Assembly: GCA_044225555.1 (NCBI GenBank)
Contig: JBGAIM010000018.1
Coordinates: forward strand, 73,382-137,381
From: Limisphaerales bacterium
GTDB lineage: Bacteria; Verrucomicrobiota; Verrucomicrobiia; Limisphaerales; JADLHS01
DNA length: 64,000 nucleotides
Direction: 5' to 3'
The notes beneath the pieces are model-generated. The model had not been told where the DNA came from, did not search any database, and was given only the letters and a program-made list of their open reading frames with translations. This document shows positions 49,192 to 59,128 of the stretch, in pieces (the first letter of the stretch is position 1; each line of letters starts with the position of its first letter). The position numbers were made by a program, and so were the translations under genes.

Positions 49192-50781
49192 TCAGTCATG
49201 GGCTTCCAGTTTTTCTGACAACAGGCGCGCTTGGATCAACTCGGCCACCAATTCCTGACCGGGTGCGAGCAGGTGCACGCCGTCCTTCGTCAAACTGGGA
49301 AGCAACGCCTTGAGCGGCGTGTGAATATCGAGATAGTCGGCCTCATTTCGACTGGCCACGCCCCGCATCGCCGCCACCAGCCGTTCCACCCGGGCCGGCC
49401 CGCCGACATACTTTGAATCCAGCCGGTCATTCGGTCCCATCGGCGGGGGACTGACCACCAGAAGTCGCGGTGGATGGGCACGAAGCAAGGGGTTGTCCCG
49501 AATGATGTGCAGTAGCTTGTCCATGTTTTCCAGCACCTCCGCCTCCCGGTCTGCAAAGACGGCCTTCCGATCATTCGTGCCCAGCAGGATGACGATTTGG
49601 TGGATCGGGCCGACCAACTTCACCGTCTGTGCGAGGGCGGCGTCAATGTTTCGCAGCGTGTTCAGCTTGGGATTGTCCAGATTGTCAAAGCCGATGGTGT
49701 TGCCGGAGACGGACGCGTTGATGATCACATCCCCGAAGCGCCGGGCACGAAGCTGGGCGACCCAGCCGTCGGGAGCGGCACCGTTGGAATCGCCGATGGC
49801 CAGAATCGTCGCGGACGGAACGTGATCGAGCGCGCGCGCCACCAGCATCTCGTGGCTGCCCTCGAAAACGTCGAGTAGCACGTGATCCTGAAAACGCCGC
49901 GCATAGATGGTGTCCCCGTGTCTGGGCCTCGCTCCAAGACCGGCTCCCGGCGCGGTGCGCTGGCGCAATAGCGTCTCGGTGATCTCCGGCGGGACCAGTG
50001 AATCCACCGCTGTCGGATCGAAATCCCGGACGACCTTGTCGTAAAATTCCACTGTCTGCGTGATGGGAACCGAGCCGAGGTAGCCGTCGTGGACGCCGAC
50101 GTGGAGGAAAAGTTTGCTGTGGGCGCGTCGAGCGAGCGGCGTGTCCAGGTACAGCGGCGAGCGCTTCCGGGCCTCAATCACGTCGAAGCGCGCGGGATCA
50201 CCGGTCGTCACCTGGCACAGGTTGGTGGCATAGACCGCGCTCCGACCAACTGACTCGTAATACCATTTCACCAGATCAGAGATGCCGACCCAGGCGGAGA
50301 AACTACGCACGTTGTGCCGGGAGCGCATCCACATGAGCATTGCAGCATGTCCACCGCCGCTGGCGCCGATGATGTGGATGTTCGAGCGCTCCACCCGACC
50401 ATTAGCGATCGCGTAATCAATGGCATCGTCAATATCCGCCACAACCAGATCGCTGCCGCAGGCTTCGGGTTGGTTGTTCGGGCCGCGGAAGTTCGGGTGA
50501 AGGTAATTGAAACCGCGCGCCACGATGGCTTCTGCCAGCGGATCCGCCTGGCGAAAATCACCGCTCCAAGTGTGCAGGCTGACGATCAACGGCTGCGGGT
50601 TGGTCCGCGAGGTGGCATGCCACAGGGCCGGCTGGGCCGCGGCCCCGGCAGTCGAGTTGATGGACACCCGGGTGAACGCTTCGCTCCAGCCCGCTTCGCG
50701 GGTGTCGTCCCAGGCGGGCGGTGCTTCCGCGGCGAAGCCCGGAGCGCCCGCGAGGATGAGCGGCAGGCAAACCGCCTCCAT
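49192..50781 (-). CDS. Fusion of alpha/beta-hydrolase (esterase/peptidase-like) and SGNH/GDSL hydrolase domains
   Basis: Nucleophile elbow IHIIGASGGGHAAM in the N-terminal half. SGNH blocks ILAIGDSNGA, LLGTNDR and DGVHLLAPG in the C-terminal half. Start probably MEAVCLPLILAGAPGFA (50781). Confidence 0.6.
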   Translation of the reverse strand: MEAVCLPLILAGAPGFAAEAPPAWDDTREAGWSEAFTRVSINSTAGAAAQPALWHATSRTNPQPLIVSLHTWSGDFRQADPLAEAIVARGFNYLHPNFRGPNNQPEACGSDLVVADIDDAIDYAIANGRVERSNIHIIGASGGGHAAMLMWMRSRHNVRSFSAWVGISDLVKWYYESVGRSAVYATNLCQVTTGDPARFDVIEARKRSPLYLDTPLARRAHSKLFLHVGVHDGYLGSVPITQTVEFYDKVVRDFDPTAVDSLVPPEITETLLRQRTAPGAGLGARPRHGDTIYARRFQDHVLLDVFEGSHEMLVARALDHVPSATILAIGDSNGAAPDGWVAQLRARRFGDVIINASVSGNTIGFDNLDNPKLNTLRNIDAALAQTVKLVGPIHQIVILLGTNDRKAVFADREAEVLENMDKLLHIIRDNPLLRAHPPRLLVVSPPPMGPNDRLDSKYVGGPARVERLVAAMRGVASRNEADYLDIHTPLKALLPSLTKDGVHLLAPGQELVAELIQARLLSEKLEAHD

Positions 50782-51047
50782 CGTCCAGCGGCAAAATGTC
50801 GAGACGGCTGCTTTCACAATGTTTCTCCGCGCGCCCCAGGCTGCGACCGGTAATTGGCAGGAGTGCGCTTGGTGAGGTTGTTGCAGGATGTACTCATGTT
50901 GCCGGCGTTCCAAGGACTGACTCTACCGTGCCTTGCCCGTTGAACCATTGTCCGGAAGGATAAGCCCACGCACGATTTCACGCTTGTCACGGCGGGGAAC
51001 TCAGGCTTGATACTGCTGAAGTTCGCCTCCGACTGGAGGCACTGCGC

Positions 51048-52754
51048 ATGAAAACGACCAGCCCGATCCAATTGGCCATTTGCCTGGGGTTCACCGCCCT
51101 GTTGCCGGCCAGTGCGCAGGCCGCCCAGGCTGACCTCGGCCCACGGGTGCTGATCTTCGAGCCTTCGCAAACGGACACCCAGCAGCGGATTCAAGCGATC
51201 TTCAAGGAACAGGAGCGGGCGCAGTTTGGCTCGGGCCGTTACGCGCTGCTCTTCAAACCGGGGCGTTATGAGTTGGATGTGCCGGTTGGCTTTTACACGC
51301 ACGTCGCAGGGTTGGGGAAATTGCCTGGTGACGTCACCATTGCGGGGCACGTGTGGACGGACGCCGCGTGGATGAATTACAACGCCACCTGCAACTTCTG
51401 GCGCGCCATGGAAAACCTCACCGTGCAGCCACCCGATGGCACCAACATCTGGGCGGTGTCGCAAGCGGCACCGATGCGCCGGACGCACATTCGCGGCGAT
51501 CTTCAACTCTGGTCCGGCAAGGGAGGCGCCAGCGGTGGATTCATGGCCGATTGCCGCATTGACGGCGCAGTGAAGGCCGGCAGTCAGCAACAATGGTTTT
51601 CGCGCAACAGTGGTTGGCAGGAATGGGACCGCGTGAACTGGAACATGGTCTTCGTTGGCTGCGAGAATCCGCCAGCTGGTGAGTGGCCGCAGCGCGCTGT
51701 GACGCGGATTGAGTCAACGCCCGTCATTCGCGAGAAGCCGTATCTCACCATCGAGGGGGATCGTTGGTTCGTCCAGGTGCCGCCGCTGCGACCGCATCCA
51801 ACCTCCGGTCTCTCGTGGGAGGGAGGCCAACCTCGGGGCGAAGTGATACCGATCGAAAAATTCTATATCACCCAACCCAAACGAGACACCGCCGCGAGCA
51901 TCAATGCCGCGTTGCGCGCCGGCCAGCACCTGCTCGTCACGCCGGGCATCTACCTGCTCAACGACACCCTGGTCGTTTCGAGAACGAACACGGTGATTCT
52001 TGGTCTTGGTTTTCCAAGCTTCGTTCCGACTACGGGTCGGACGGCGCTGCGCGTTGAGGGTGGCGAAGGCGTAATCGTCAGCGGACTCATTTTCGACGCA
52101 GGCCCAATGGAGACGGACACGCTGGTGGAAATCGGCAAACCGGGTCACGCGACCAGCCGCGCGGAGAATCCGATTTGTATTCACGATCTCGTCTGTCGCG
52201 TTGGCGGCTACGGGCCCGGCAAGGCTCGGCTCATGGTCGCGATCCACAACAACCACGTCATCGGCGACAACTTCTGGCTCTGGCGCGCCGACCATGGCGA
52301 CAATGTCGGTTGGACGGAAAACACCTGTGACACCGGATTGCTCGTCACAGGCGACGACGTCACGCTTTACGGCTTGTTTGTCGAGCACACGCAACAGCAT
52401 CAAACCGTTTGGGAGGGCGAGCGTGGCCGGGTTTATTTTTACCAAAGCGAAATGCCGTATGACCCACCGTCACAAGCTGCGTGGCGCAATCCCACTGGCG
52501 ATGGCTACGCTTCCTACAAAGTTGCCAACGGAGTCAGGAGTCACGAGGCGTGGGGACTGGGCGTCTATCACGTGTTTTTCAAAGCCGCGGTGGTCGCCGA
52601 AAGTGGAATCGAAGCGCCCGATTCTCCCGCCATCAACCTGCATCATCTGCTTACCTTCCGGTTGGGCGGCGGCAAACCCGGCAGCGGCATCCGCCACGTC
52701 GTGAACGGCCAGGGCGGCGAGACGATCCAAGCGCAGAAGGCGATGGTGAAATAG
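51048..52754 (+). CDS. Secreted hypothetical protein, probable right-handed beta-helix glycosidase-like fold
   Basis: Signal peptide MKTTSPIQLAICLGFTALLPASAQA. Conserved-looking RYALLFKPGRYELDVPVGFYTHVAGLG...NFWRAMENL...WAVSQAAPMRR...GGASGGFMADC. I do not confidently recall the family. Confidence 0.45.
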   Translation: MKTTSPIQLAICLGFTALLPASAQAAQADLGPRVLIFEPSQTDTQQRIQAIFKEQERAQFGSGRYALLFKPGRYELDVPVGFYTHVAGLGKLPGDVTIAGHVWTDAAWMNYNATCNFWRAMENLTVQPPDGTNIWAVSQAAPMRRTHIRGDLQLWSGKGGASGGFMADCRIDGAVKAGSQQQWFSRNSGWQEWDRVNWNMVFVGCENPPAGEWPQRAVTRIESTPVIREKPYLTIEGDRWFVQVPPLRPHPTSGLSWEGGQPRGEVIPIEKFYITQPKRDTAASINAALRAGQHLLVTPGIYLLNDTLVVSRTNTVILGLGFPSFVPTTGRTALRVEGGEGVIVSGLIFDAGPMETDTLVEIGKPGHATSRAENPICIHDLVCRVGGYGPGKARLMVAIHNNHVIGDNFWLWRADHGDNVGWTENTCDTGLLVTGDDVTLYGLFVEHTQQHQTVWEGERGRVYFYQSEMPYDPPSQAAWRNPTGDGYASYKVANGVRSHEAWGLGVYHVFFKAAVVAESGIEAPDSPAINLHHLLTFRLGGGKPGSGIRHVVNGQGGETIQAQKAMVK

Positions 52755-52821
52755 CCGCTGCGCAGGGTCCGGTGCTTTCCGATGCTTTTGTGGTTGGTGC
52801 TAGCGGCTGTCCTCTTGTCTG

Positions 52822-54735
52822 TTACTTGGCTGCGGCTCCACGATCCACGATCACTTCGACGTCTTTCATCGTCGCAGCTTGCCAGTCGAGGTGCAGGACC
52901 CCGGTTGTCGAGTCGTACTTCCACCGCGCGGGCTTGCCGCCGAGACGCACGGCCGCGGGCGGGGACGAGAGATGCAGGGCGAGCTGCCACTGACGGTGCT
53001 TGAGCTTGCCAGCGTAATCACCTTGGATCGCGCCGACATGAAACTTCACCAGTTGTGGTCCCGGCTGGCAGGTGAAGGTGGTGGCCGCATAACCGTTGGT
53101 CAGATAGTCGTTGGACGTGCCGTCGTCCTCGTAGAGGGTGAACTCGGTTTCTTTGACTGAACCTTCGGGATAAACATCGAGCGTGAGAGTGGCGTTGTTG
53201 CCGCGCAGCACGGACGGCGCATAGTCGCGCATGGGAATGATCGCACCGGCGCGTACGAGCAACGGCAGATGATCGAGCGGTGCGGGAACGGTCACTTCCT
53301 GGCCACCCCCGTAGGACTGGCCTGTCCAATAGTCAATCCATCGGTTGCCGGGCGGCAGCCACACGGTGCGGTTCGTGGCGCCGGGTTCGTGTACTGGAGC
53401 GACCAGGAATGCATCCCCGAACGTGTATTGATAGCGATGCTCCGTTTCCCCCTGGATCATCTTTTGACCAGTGAGACGCGTTAGCATCGCGTGGGTGTAG
53501 CGGTAAGGAAATAATCGCAGGCGAAGGTGAGTGTGGGTGCGAAAATTGTCCTGAACGTACGCCGGCCAGCCAAAGGGCGCGTTCTGTTCCGGCACCGTCG
53601 GCGCTCCAAAAACCTGCATGATAGAGCCGAAGGTGGAGAACTGGGCCCAACGGATAAAGAGTTCCTCCGCAGCGGTACCTGACAAGGATCGTGGATGGAA
53701 ACCGCCGGTGTCGTTGGCCAGAAAGGGATACGCGTAATGCCGCCACGTCGGATTCGCGACCATCTCGATCTGCTGGCGCAGTCCGCCAAGGATCCACCGC
53801 TTGGTGTCAGGATAATCCGGTTGATTCCAGGAAGCTTCGGCGTCGCCCGTCCAGGCGGCGGGATACCGTTTGATGTCCGTCACCGAATCCCGTGCGCTCT
53901 GGGTCAGCACAAATCCGCGGCCTCGTGTGTGCTTGCCGCGTGTCTGGGTCAGCTCGAAATGGGTACGCAAGTAATCCGCTTTCGGAGACGCATCGATTTT
54001 GAAGAAGTCCACGCCCTCCTCCAGAAAGGGCCGGAGTTTCTCCCCCCACCGGGCGGCGGCTTCCGGATTGCCGAAGTTCACGGTTCGCCCGATGCTCTTC
54101 AGTCCGATGTTGTGCCAGCCGTTGCCGACAATCTGCCCCGAGTTGAAGTATCCCTTCGCTTCGAATTCCCCGAAGACCTCCGCATTCGCATCCAGGATTC
54201 GATCCCACACCCAGATGCCGAAACGAATGTCGCGCTGCTCCAATTCGCGCGTGAGTTGGCGCAGGTCCGGGAACGCCGCCCGATCACCCCTGAAATCCAG
54301 ATAACCTGCTGGCCCTTTCGTTGTAAGATCCCAGAATGACGAGTCGGCCCAGATGGCGTCGACGGGAAAATCCCCGGTCTCAAGCCGTTCAAGGTTTCGA
54401 AGGATCCCAACCTGGTTGGTGTAATAGCCGTGCAAAACTCCAAACGCCCAAGCCGGGGGGAGAACGACATCGGGATCAACTGCGGGCCGGGTTGGCGTCG
54501 ACGTCGGCAACTCCCTGAACTCGAATGCGGTCCCAGCCCCGGAAACGGCCACGTTGGCTTCATTGGTCGCTGGGCTGAGTTGAGCCACCAGGAGCAGAAG
54601 TGCCAAGCTCAGCCGGAGGACCAGTTTCGGGTTGCTGTTGCCAGCGGCCACAATCGTCGGGAAGGCCTCGGGCGACTTCGCCGCTGCCTTGGTAATCGCG
54701 CGGTGTTTCAAACTGAAGCTACACAACACTTCCAT
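52822..54735 (-). CDS. Glycoside hydrolase family 31
   Basis: DAIWADSSFWD, FGIWVWDRI, VDFFKIDASPKAD (nucleophile-region KxD) and YPAAWTGDAEASW (WxGD). The start is either 54735 or 54786. Confidence 0.75.
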   Translation of the reverse strand: MEVLCSFSLKHRAITKAAAKSPEAFPTIVAAGNSNPKLVLRLSLALLLLVAQLSPATNEANVAVSGAGTAFEFRELPTSTPTRPAVDPDVVLPPAWAFGVLHGYYTNQVGILRNLERLETGDFPVDAIWADSSFWDLTTKGPAGYLDFRGDRAAFPDLRQLTRELEQRDIRFGIWVWDRILDANAEVFGEFEAKGYFNSGQIVGNGWHNIGLKSIGRTVNFGNPEAAARWGEKLRPFLEEGVDFFKIDASPKADYLRTHFELTQTRGKHTRGRGFVLTQSARDSVTDIKRYPAAWTGDAEASWNQPDYPDTKRWILGGLRQQIEMVANPTWRHYAYPFLANDTGGFHPRSLSGTAAEELFIRWAQFSTFGSIMQVFGAPTVPEQNAPFGWPAYVQDNFRTHTHLRLRLFPYRYTHAMLTRLTGQKMIQGETEHRYQYTFGDAFLVAPVHEPGATNRTVWLPPGNRWIDYWTGQSYGGGQEVTVPAPLDHLPLLVRAGAIIPMRDYAPSVLRGNNATLTLDVYPEGSVKETEFTLYEDDGTSNDYLTNGYAATTFTCQPGPQLVKFHVGAIQGDYAGKLKHRQWQLALHLSSPPAAVRLGGKPARWKYDSTTGVLHLDWQAATMKDVEVIVDRGAAAK

Positions 54736-54838
54736 CCGGATGGACACAAGTGCGAAATCCCTCCGCGGCGTTGTCCTTTCGGACAATGGCGCGGCTGCAA
54801 CGCCATGCTAGGCTCGGCCTACTGATACACACCCCATC

Positions 54839-55591
54839 ATGCGTGCGACGATGACAAACACTGGCGTCCGGACGAGACCAGTCGCTTTCACCTTGATCGA
54901 ACTACTGGTGGTCATCGCCATTATCGCGATCCTGGCGGCGATGCTATTGCCGGCCTTGGGCAAGGCCAAGGACAAGGCGAAACGGATCGCTTGTTTGAAT
55001 AACCTGAAGCAACTCGGTTTGAGTTCGATGCTTTACGCCGATGATTCCAACGGCGATCTGGTGGGTGACTCCCGGGGCTGGCCGGCGGGAAAGCGGGACG
55101 GCGACGATGACGATACAAATTACTTGTACCCGCCCTACGCACCGAATCTGGCCAGTTTCGTTTGCCCCAACACTCAGAACACGGTGACGAACGAGACTTT
55201 TGTTTGGTCGGGACGGAATTTGATCTGCGACCTGACGAACAATTGCCCGACGGGGCGGAAGGCAGGCCGCGGCACCAGTTATGAAATCTTCGGGTCCATG
55301 TCGAACTCCACCGGACAGAAGAAGTCCGAAAAGGCGATCAACGGCTACACCCTCACCGTTAACTATGCCAATCGCGGAATGAAGCCAGGTGGGGCTCGGG
55401 TCTGGCTCTTCACGGATGCCGACGACCAAGGCATGGTTGGTAGCATCAACAACTATCCCGACAAGACTGATAATCACGGGGACGCCGGCCTGAATGTGAT
55501 GTACTGCGATGGTCATGCCGCGTGGCTGTTCACCAAGAACTATCTCAACGAGTTCAACGTCTCCTTCGACGAAAACCGCTCCTCGCCCTAG
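54839..55591 (+). CDS. Prepilin-type N-terminal cleavage/methylation domain protein (H-X9-DG-like)
   Basis: [45 protein letters not shown]...[12 protein letters not shown]. Confidence 0.8.
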   Translation: MRATMTNTGVRTRPVAFTLIELLVVIAIIAILAAMLLPALGKAKDKAKRIACLNNLKQLGLSSMLYADDSNGDLVGDSRGWPAGKRDGDDDDTNYLYPPYAPNLASFVCPNTQNTVTNETFVWSGRNLICDLTNNCPTGRKAGRGTSYEIFGSMSNSTGQKKSEKAINGYTLTVNYANRGMKPGGARVWLFTDADDQGMVGSINNYPDKTDNHGDAGLNVMYCDGHAAWLFTKNYLNEFNVSFDENRSSP

Positions 55592-55647
55592 TCGGCTGCG
55601 CCAAGCATCGTTGCTTTCCCAAATCACAACCCCAATAGACAAACCCA

Positions 55648-58602
55648 ATGAAAACAAGAAACCTGCTCCTATCAACCGCGGCGGTTCTGCTGACCGCCTC
55701 ATCCCTCCTCGCTGATGTTCGCGAAGGACTCGTTGCCTATTGGCCACTCAACACGGCCACGGGCGCTTATCCGATGGTCACCCCGGACGTCGTTGGCGGC
55801 AATGACTTGGCGGGGCCAAATATGGACAGCGGCTCTTCCGTGGTGAGCGGTCACTTTGGGAACGCCGTGGCCTTCGACGGGTTTTCCTTCTACCTCACGT
55901 TTCAGGCGCTCCCGGGGACGGACACGGGATTGCCGATTTCAAAACAGGGCAGTTGGACCATTTCGGCCTGGGTGAACGGCGCCGCCCAAACCGCCGGCAG
56001 CTACTATTTGGTTGAGAGTTCGAGTTTGAACAACAATCCATTGACGGCGTTCACGGCCCGCGCCAACACGAACACAACGGCCATTTATTTCCGGGACGCC
56101 AGCGGCAATAACCCCGTCAACTTCCCGGGCGTGACCAACGTCACTTTGAACGGGACCTGGCATCACGTGGCGATGACCTATGACGCCGTGTCTCACGCGT
56201 TTTTGCACTACGTTGACGGCAGTCTGGTTTACAGCAACAATTTTGTGCCGAATTACAGCAACAATAGTCTCTGCGATCTGGTGAACCTCGGCGCCAGAAA
56301 CCGCAACGGCGTACAGGACCTCTTCTTCACCGGCAGTGTGGATGATGTGGCACTCTGGGCCCGGGCGCTCAGCCAAGCGGAGGTACAGGATGTGATGAAC
56401 AACAGCATCGCCACGCCGGTGCCGCAGTTTGCACCGGTGGTGACCATTGATCCGAAGGGCTCAACCAATCTTCTCGAAGGTGACAGCATCACCATGGGCA
56501 CCGCGGTTTACGGGTCGCGTCCGCTCTATTATCAGTGGCTTAAGGACGGCACGAATTACCCCGGAGCTAATTCGGACAAGCTGACCCTGTCGAACGTGAC
56601 GACCAACGACAACGGCATCTATCGCCTGGTCGTTACCAACACCACGGGCGGTGCCACCAGTCTTGTGGCGCAAATCACCGTGAATATTTACGGCAGTCCC
56701 GATCTGACCAATGGCTTGGTCGCCTACTGGCCGCTGGATTCGATCGCGGGAGTGAAGACTCCCGACCTGGTCAGCGCCTACGACATGACGGTGAACAACA
56801 TGGGCAGTTCGAACGTGGTCGCAGGCAAATGGGGCAACGCGCTGGCTTTCAACAAGACCTTCTCCCAGTACGCGCGGCGCATCCATAACTCTGGAGACGC
56901 CTTGCCGGCTTATTCCCGGACCAATTTCACCGTGTCATTGTGGGTGAAAGCACCTATTGCCACCGGTGGAGGTTGGGCTTTCACCGAAAGTCGTTCCGAT
57001 GGGAACAACAACACCGCGTTCTGCATGGGACTTTTTAACAACATCAACCAGGGATTGGACGCTTTCGTGCGTAGCGACGCCGGTCAGCCGGCGGGCGACC
57101 ACCGGATCTCCGTCACTCCGGTCTGGGATGATTCCTGGCACAATGTCGTTTGGGTGCAGCACGATGCCGGTGGGGTGCCCAAGGCCCAGTTGTATATCGA
57201 TGGTATCTTGGATGGTGCCAACAATCTCAACCCGGTCTACCCGGTGAATCCCAACAACACGGCCTTGGCCTCGTTTGCCCGCGCCACTCCCGGGCAGTTC
57301 TACTCGGGATTAATTGATGAGGTGGCCATTTGGGAACGCGTCTTGTCGCCCGCAGAAATCACCGTGCTCCAAAGCGGATACATCACCAATCCTCCCAGCC
57401 GGCTGACGCCGCTGGCCATCAGTTCCTACAAAGCCGACCTCGCGGCCGTAGCCAGTGGTGACTCCACCGTGCTGCGGTGGGATGTACCCGCAAACGTCAC
57501 CTCTGCCTACATCAGCAACCTTGGCGATGTAACTGCCAAGACCGCCGCTGGCGGTGGCGTCGCCACGAATGTGGTGACCGTGACCAACACGACAACCTAT
57601 ACACTCACGATCACCCGAGGCACGGAGACGGTCAGTAAAAGCGTTACCGTGGGGGCGGTGAAGGGCGTTGCGCCGGGCTGGAGCCTGCTGGACAACTTTG
57701 ACTTTTATCAACCCGGTCAATTGGGCGTGAATGGCACCTGGATTGACATGTACGGCAACACCATGTCCGTAGCCCAGCCTGCAGGCCAGAACCGGGTCGC
57801 CAAAGTGACCGCCATCGCCGCAGCGGGTGGTACCTATCTGAAACTAAACGGACTGGCCTTTACCGGGAATCAAGCTCGCACGCTGTTCTTCCGCATGACA
57901 CCAAAGGGCAATCCGGTCGATGCGATCAAGCAGGTGATCGGTCTCTCAGACCGGACACCCAACTTCTATTATCAGGTGGCAAGCCAGAATAACATGGGCC
58001 CGGTAATCTACCCCTCCGTGAATTCCACCGAATGGCAAATTGGTGTCAGCACCAACTTCGGCCCGGGCACCGTTTACGACCCGACGCCCTTAACTGTGGA
58101 TGCGGTTTATAGCGTTTGGATTGACATCACCAATGTGCCGATTGTCAACTTGCCCGGGGCCCGGGTCGAGCCGGACGAGGAGGATCTGTACTCGGTATAC
58201 ATCCAGAAGGAGGGCGATGCGAACCGCACGGCCCTGTTCCTGGACTGTGCCAGCGATCGCAAACTCAATTCGGTGGATGAATTCACCACTGACTATCCAA
58301 CCGACAACATCAGCCGGCTGTACTTGGTCGGAAACAGCGATACGGAAGGCGCGTGGTACGACGACATCTACCTCAGCACAGCGGGCTACAATTCCACCAT
58401 TCCCATTGGCGCTGGGTATGCGGGCCCCGCACCCACGCTGCAATTGCAGAAATCTGGCAACCAATGGCAGATTCTCTTCCAAGGGAAGCTCTTGGAAGCT
58501 CCGACGGTCAATGGGCCGTGGACTGATGCGGCCGGCGCAACTTCGCCGTACCCGGTTAACACAACCGGTGACAAGAAGTTCTACCGCGCGGTTTACAACT
58601 GA
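55648..58602 (+). CDS. Large secreted LamG/concanavalin-A-like lectin repeat protein with an Ig-like segment
   Basis: Signal peptide. Two copies of GLVAYWPL......DL.G......N......G.FGNA..F......WV.......G...DEVA.WER.LS..E. Ig-like LYYQWLKDGTNYPGANSDKLTLSNVTTNDNGIYRLVVTN. Confidence 0.65.
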   Translation: MKTRNLLLSTAAVLLTASSLLADVREGLVAYWPLNTATGAYPMVTPDVVGGNDLAGPNMDSGSSVVSGHFGNAVAFDGFSFYLTFQALPGTDTGLPISKQGSWTISAWVNGAAQTAGSYYLVESSSLNNNPLTAFTARANTNTTAIYFRDASGNNPVNFPGVTNVTLNGTWHHVAMTYDAVSHAFLHYVDGSLVYSNNFVPNYSNNSLCDLVNLGARNRNGVQDLFFTGSVDDVALWARALSQAEVQDVMNNSIATPVPQFAPVVTIDPKGSTNLLEGDSITMGTAVYGSRPLYYQWLKDGTNYPGANSDKLTLSNVTTNDNGIYRLVVTNTTGGATSLVAQITVNIYGSPDLTNGLVAYWPLDSIAGVKTPDLVSAYDMTVNNMGSSNVVAGKWGNALAFNKTFSQYARRIHNSGDALPAYSRTNFTVSLWVKAPIATGGGWAFTESRSDGNNNTAFCMGLFNNINQGLDAFVRSDAGQPAGDHRISVTPVWDDSWHNVVWVQHDAGGVPKAQLYIDGILDGANNLNPVYPVNPNNTALASFARATPGQFYSGLIDEVAIWERVLSPAEITVLQSGYITNPPSRLTPLAISSYKADLAAVASGDSTVLRWDVPANVTSAYISNLGDVTAKTAAGGGVATNVVTVTNTTTYTLTITRGTETVSKSVTVGAVKGVAPGWSLLDNFDFYQPGQLGVNGTWIDMYGNTMSVAQPAGQNRVAKVTAIAAAGGTYLKLNGLAFTGNQARTLFFRMTPKGNPVDAIKQVIGLSDRTPNFYYQVASQNNMGPVIYPSVNSTEWQIGVSTNFGPGTVYDPTPLTVDAVYSVWIDITNVPIVNLPGARVEPDEEDLYSVYIQKEGDANRTALFLDCASDRKLNSVDEFTTDYPTDNISRLYLVGNSDTEGAWYDDIYLSTAGYNSTIPIGAGYAGPAPTLQLQKSGNQWQILFQGKLLEAPTVNGPWTDAAGATSPYPVNTTGDKKFYRAVYN

Positions 58603-58633
58603 TGGTTCGGGTTGGTTGTGGTTGGGTTCATCG

Positions 58634-58672
58634 CCGGGGCGGTTCCATTCTGGGCCGCCCCGGTTGATTTTC
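58634..58672 (+). terminator. Rho-independent terminator after the LamG gene
   Basis: CCGGGGCGG-12 nt-CCGCCCCGG followed by TTGATTTTC. Confidence 0.55.
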
Positions 58673-59128
58673 GGGCCTAAGAAACTGTTCGTTGTCTATC
58701 TGGAATCTGTTTGGTGTTGTGTCTTCTCGCGGCAACCTTCGAGGCCGCCGTACTAGCCATTACACCGGTCTTCTTGGTTTTTCCCGCCGGAGTGCCCCGG
58801 TGGAGTAGCGGGGAGCACATCGGGCGCTTGGGGCTTCCGGGTTTTGTTCACTCCGCCATTCATCCAATTCGCAGAATGCCAGCCGTGGATGATTTCGATT
58901 TCGTTGTTTTGGCAATGACGTTCAAGTCCCCGAACGTCCCACGAGATTGTACAGGAAGACGCACTCACCACCGGCGCGACTCGACTGGTGTTCCCCGATT
59001 GGAATAACGCTTTCTCAAAGTTCACGACCAGGGGTTGCGGGACCGTGGTGCGCCTGCTTTGCCCTTGTTTGTTGGGCGGGGTGTGGTAATTGAGTCGGCA
59101 ACCCTTTTGAAGCGACTATCGCGACTCT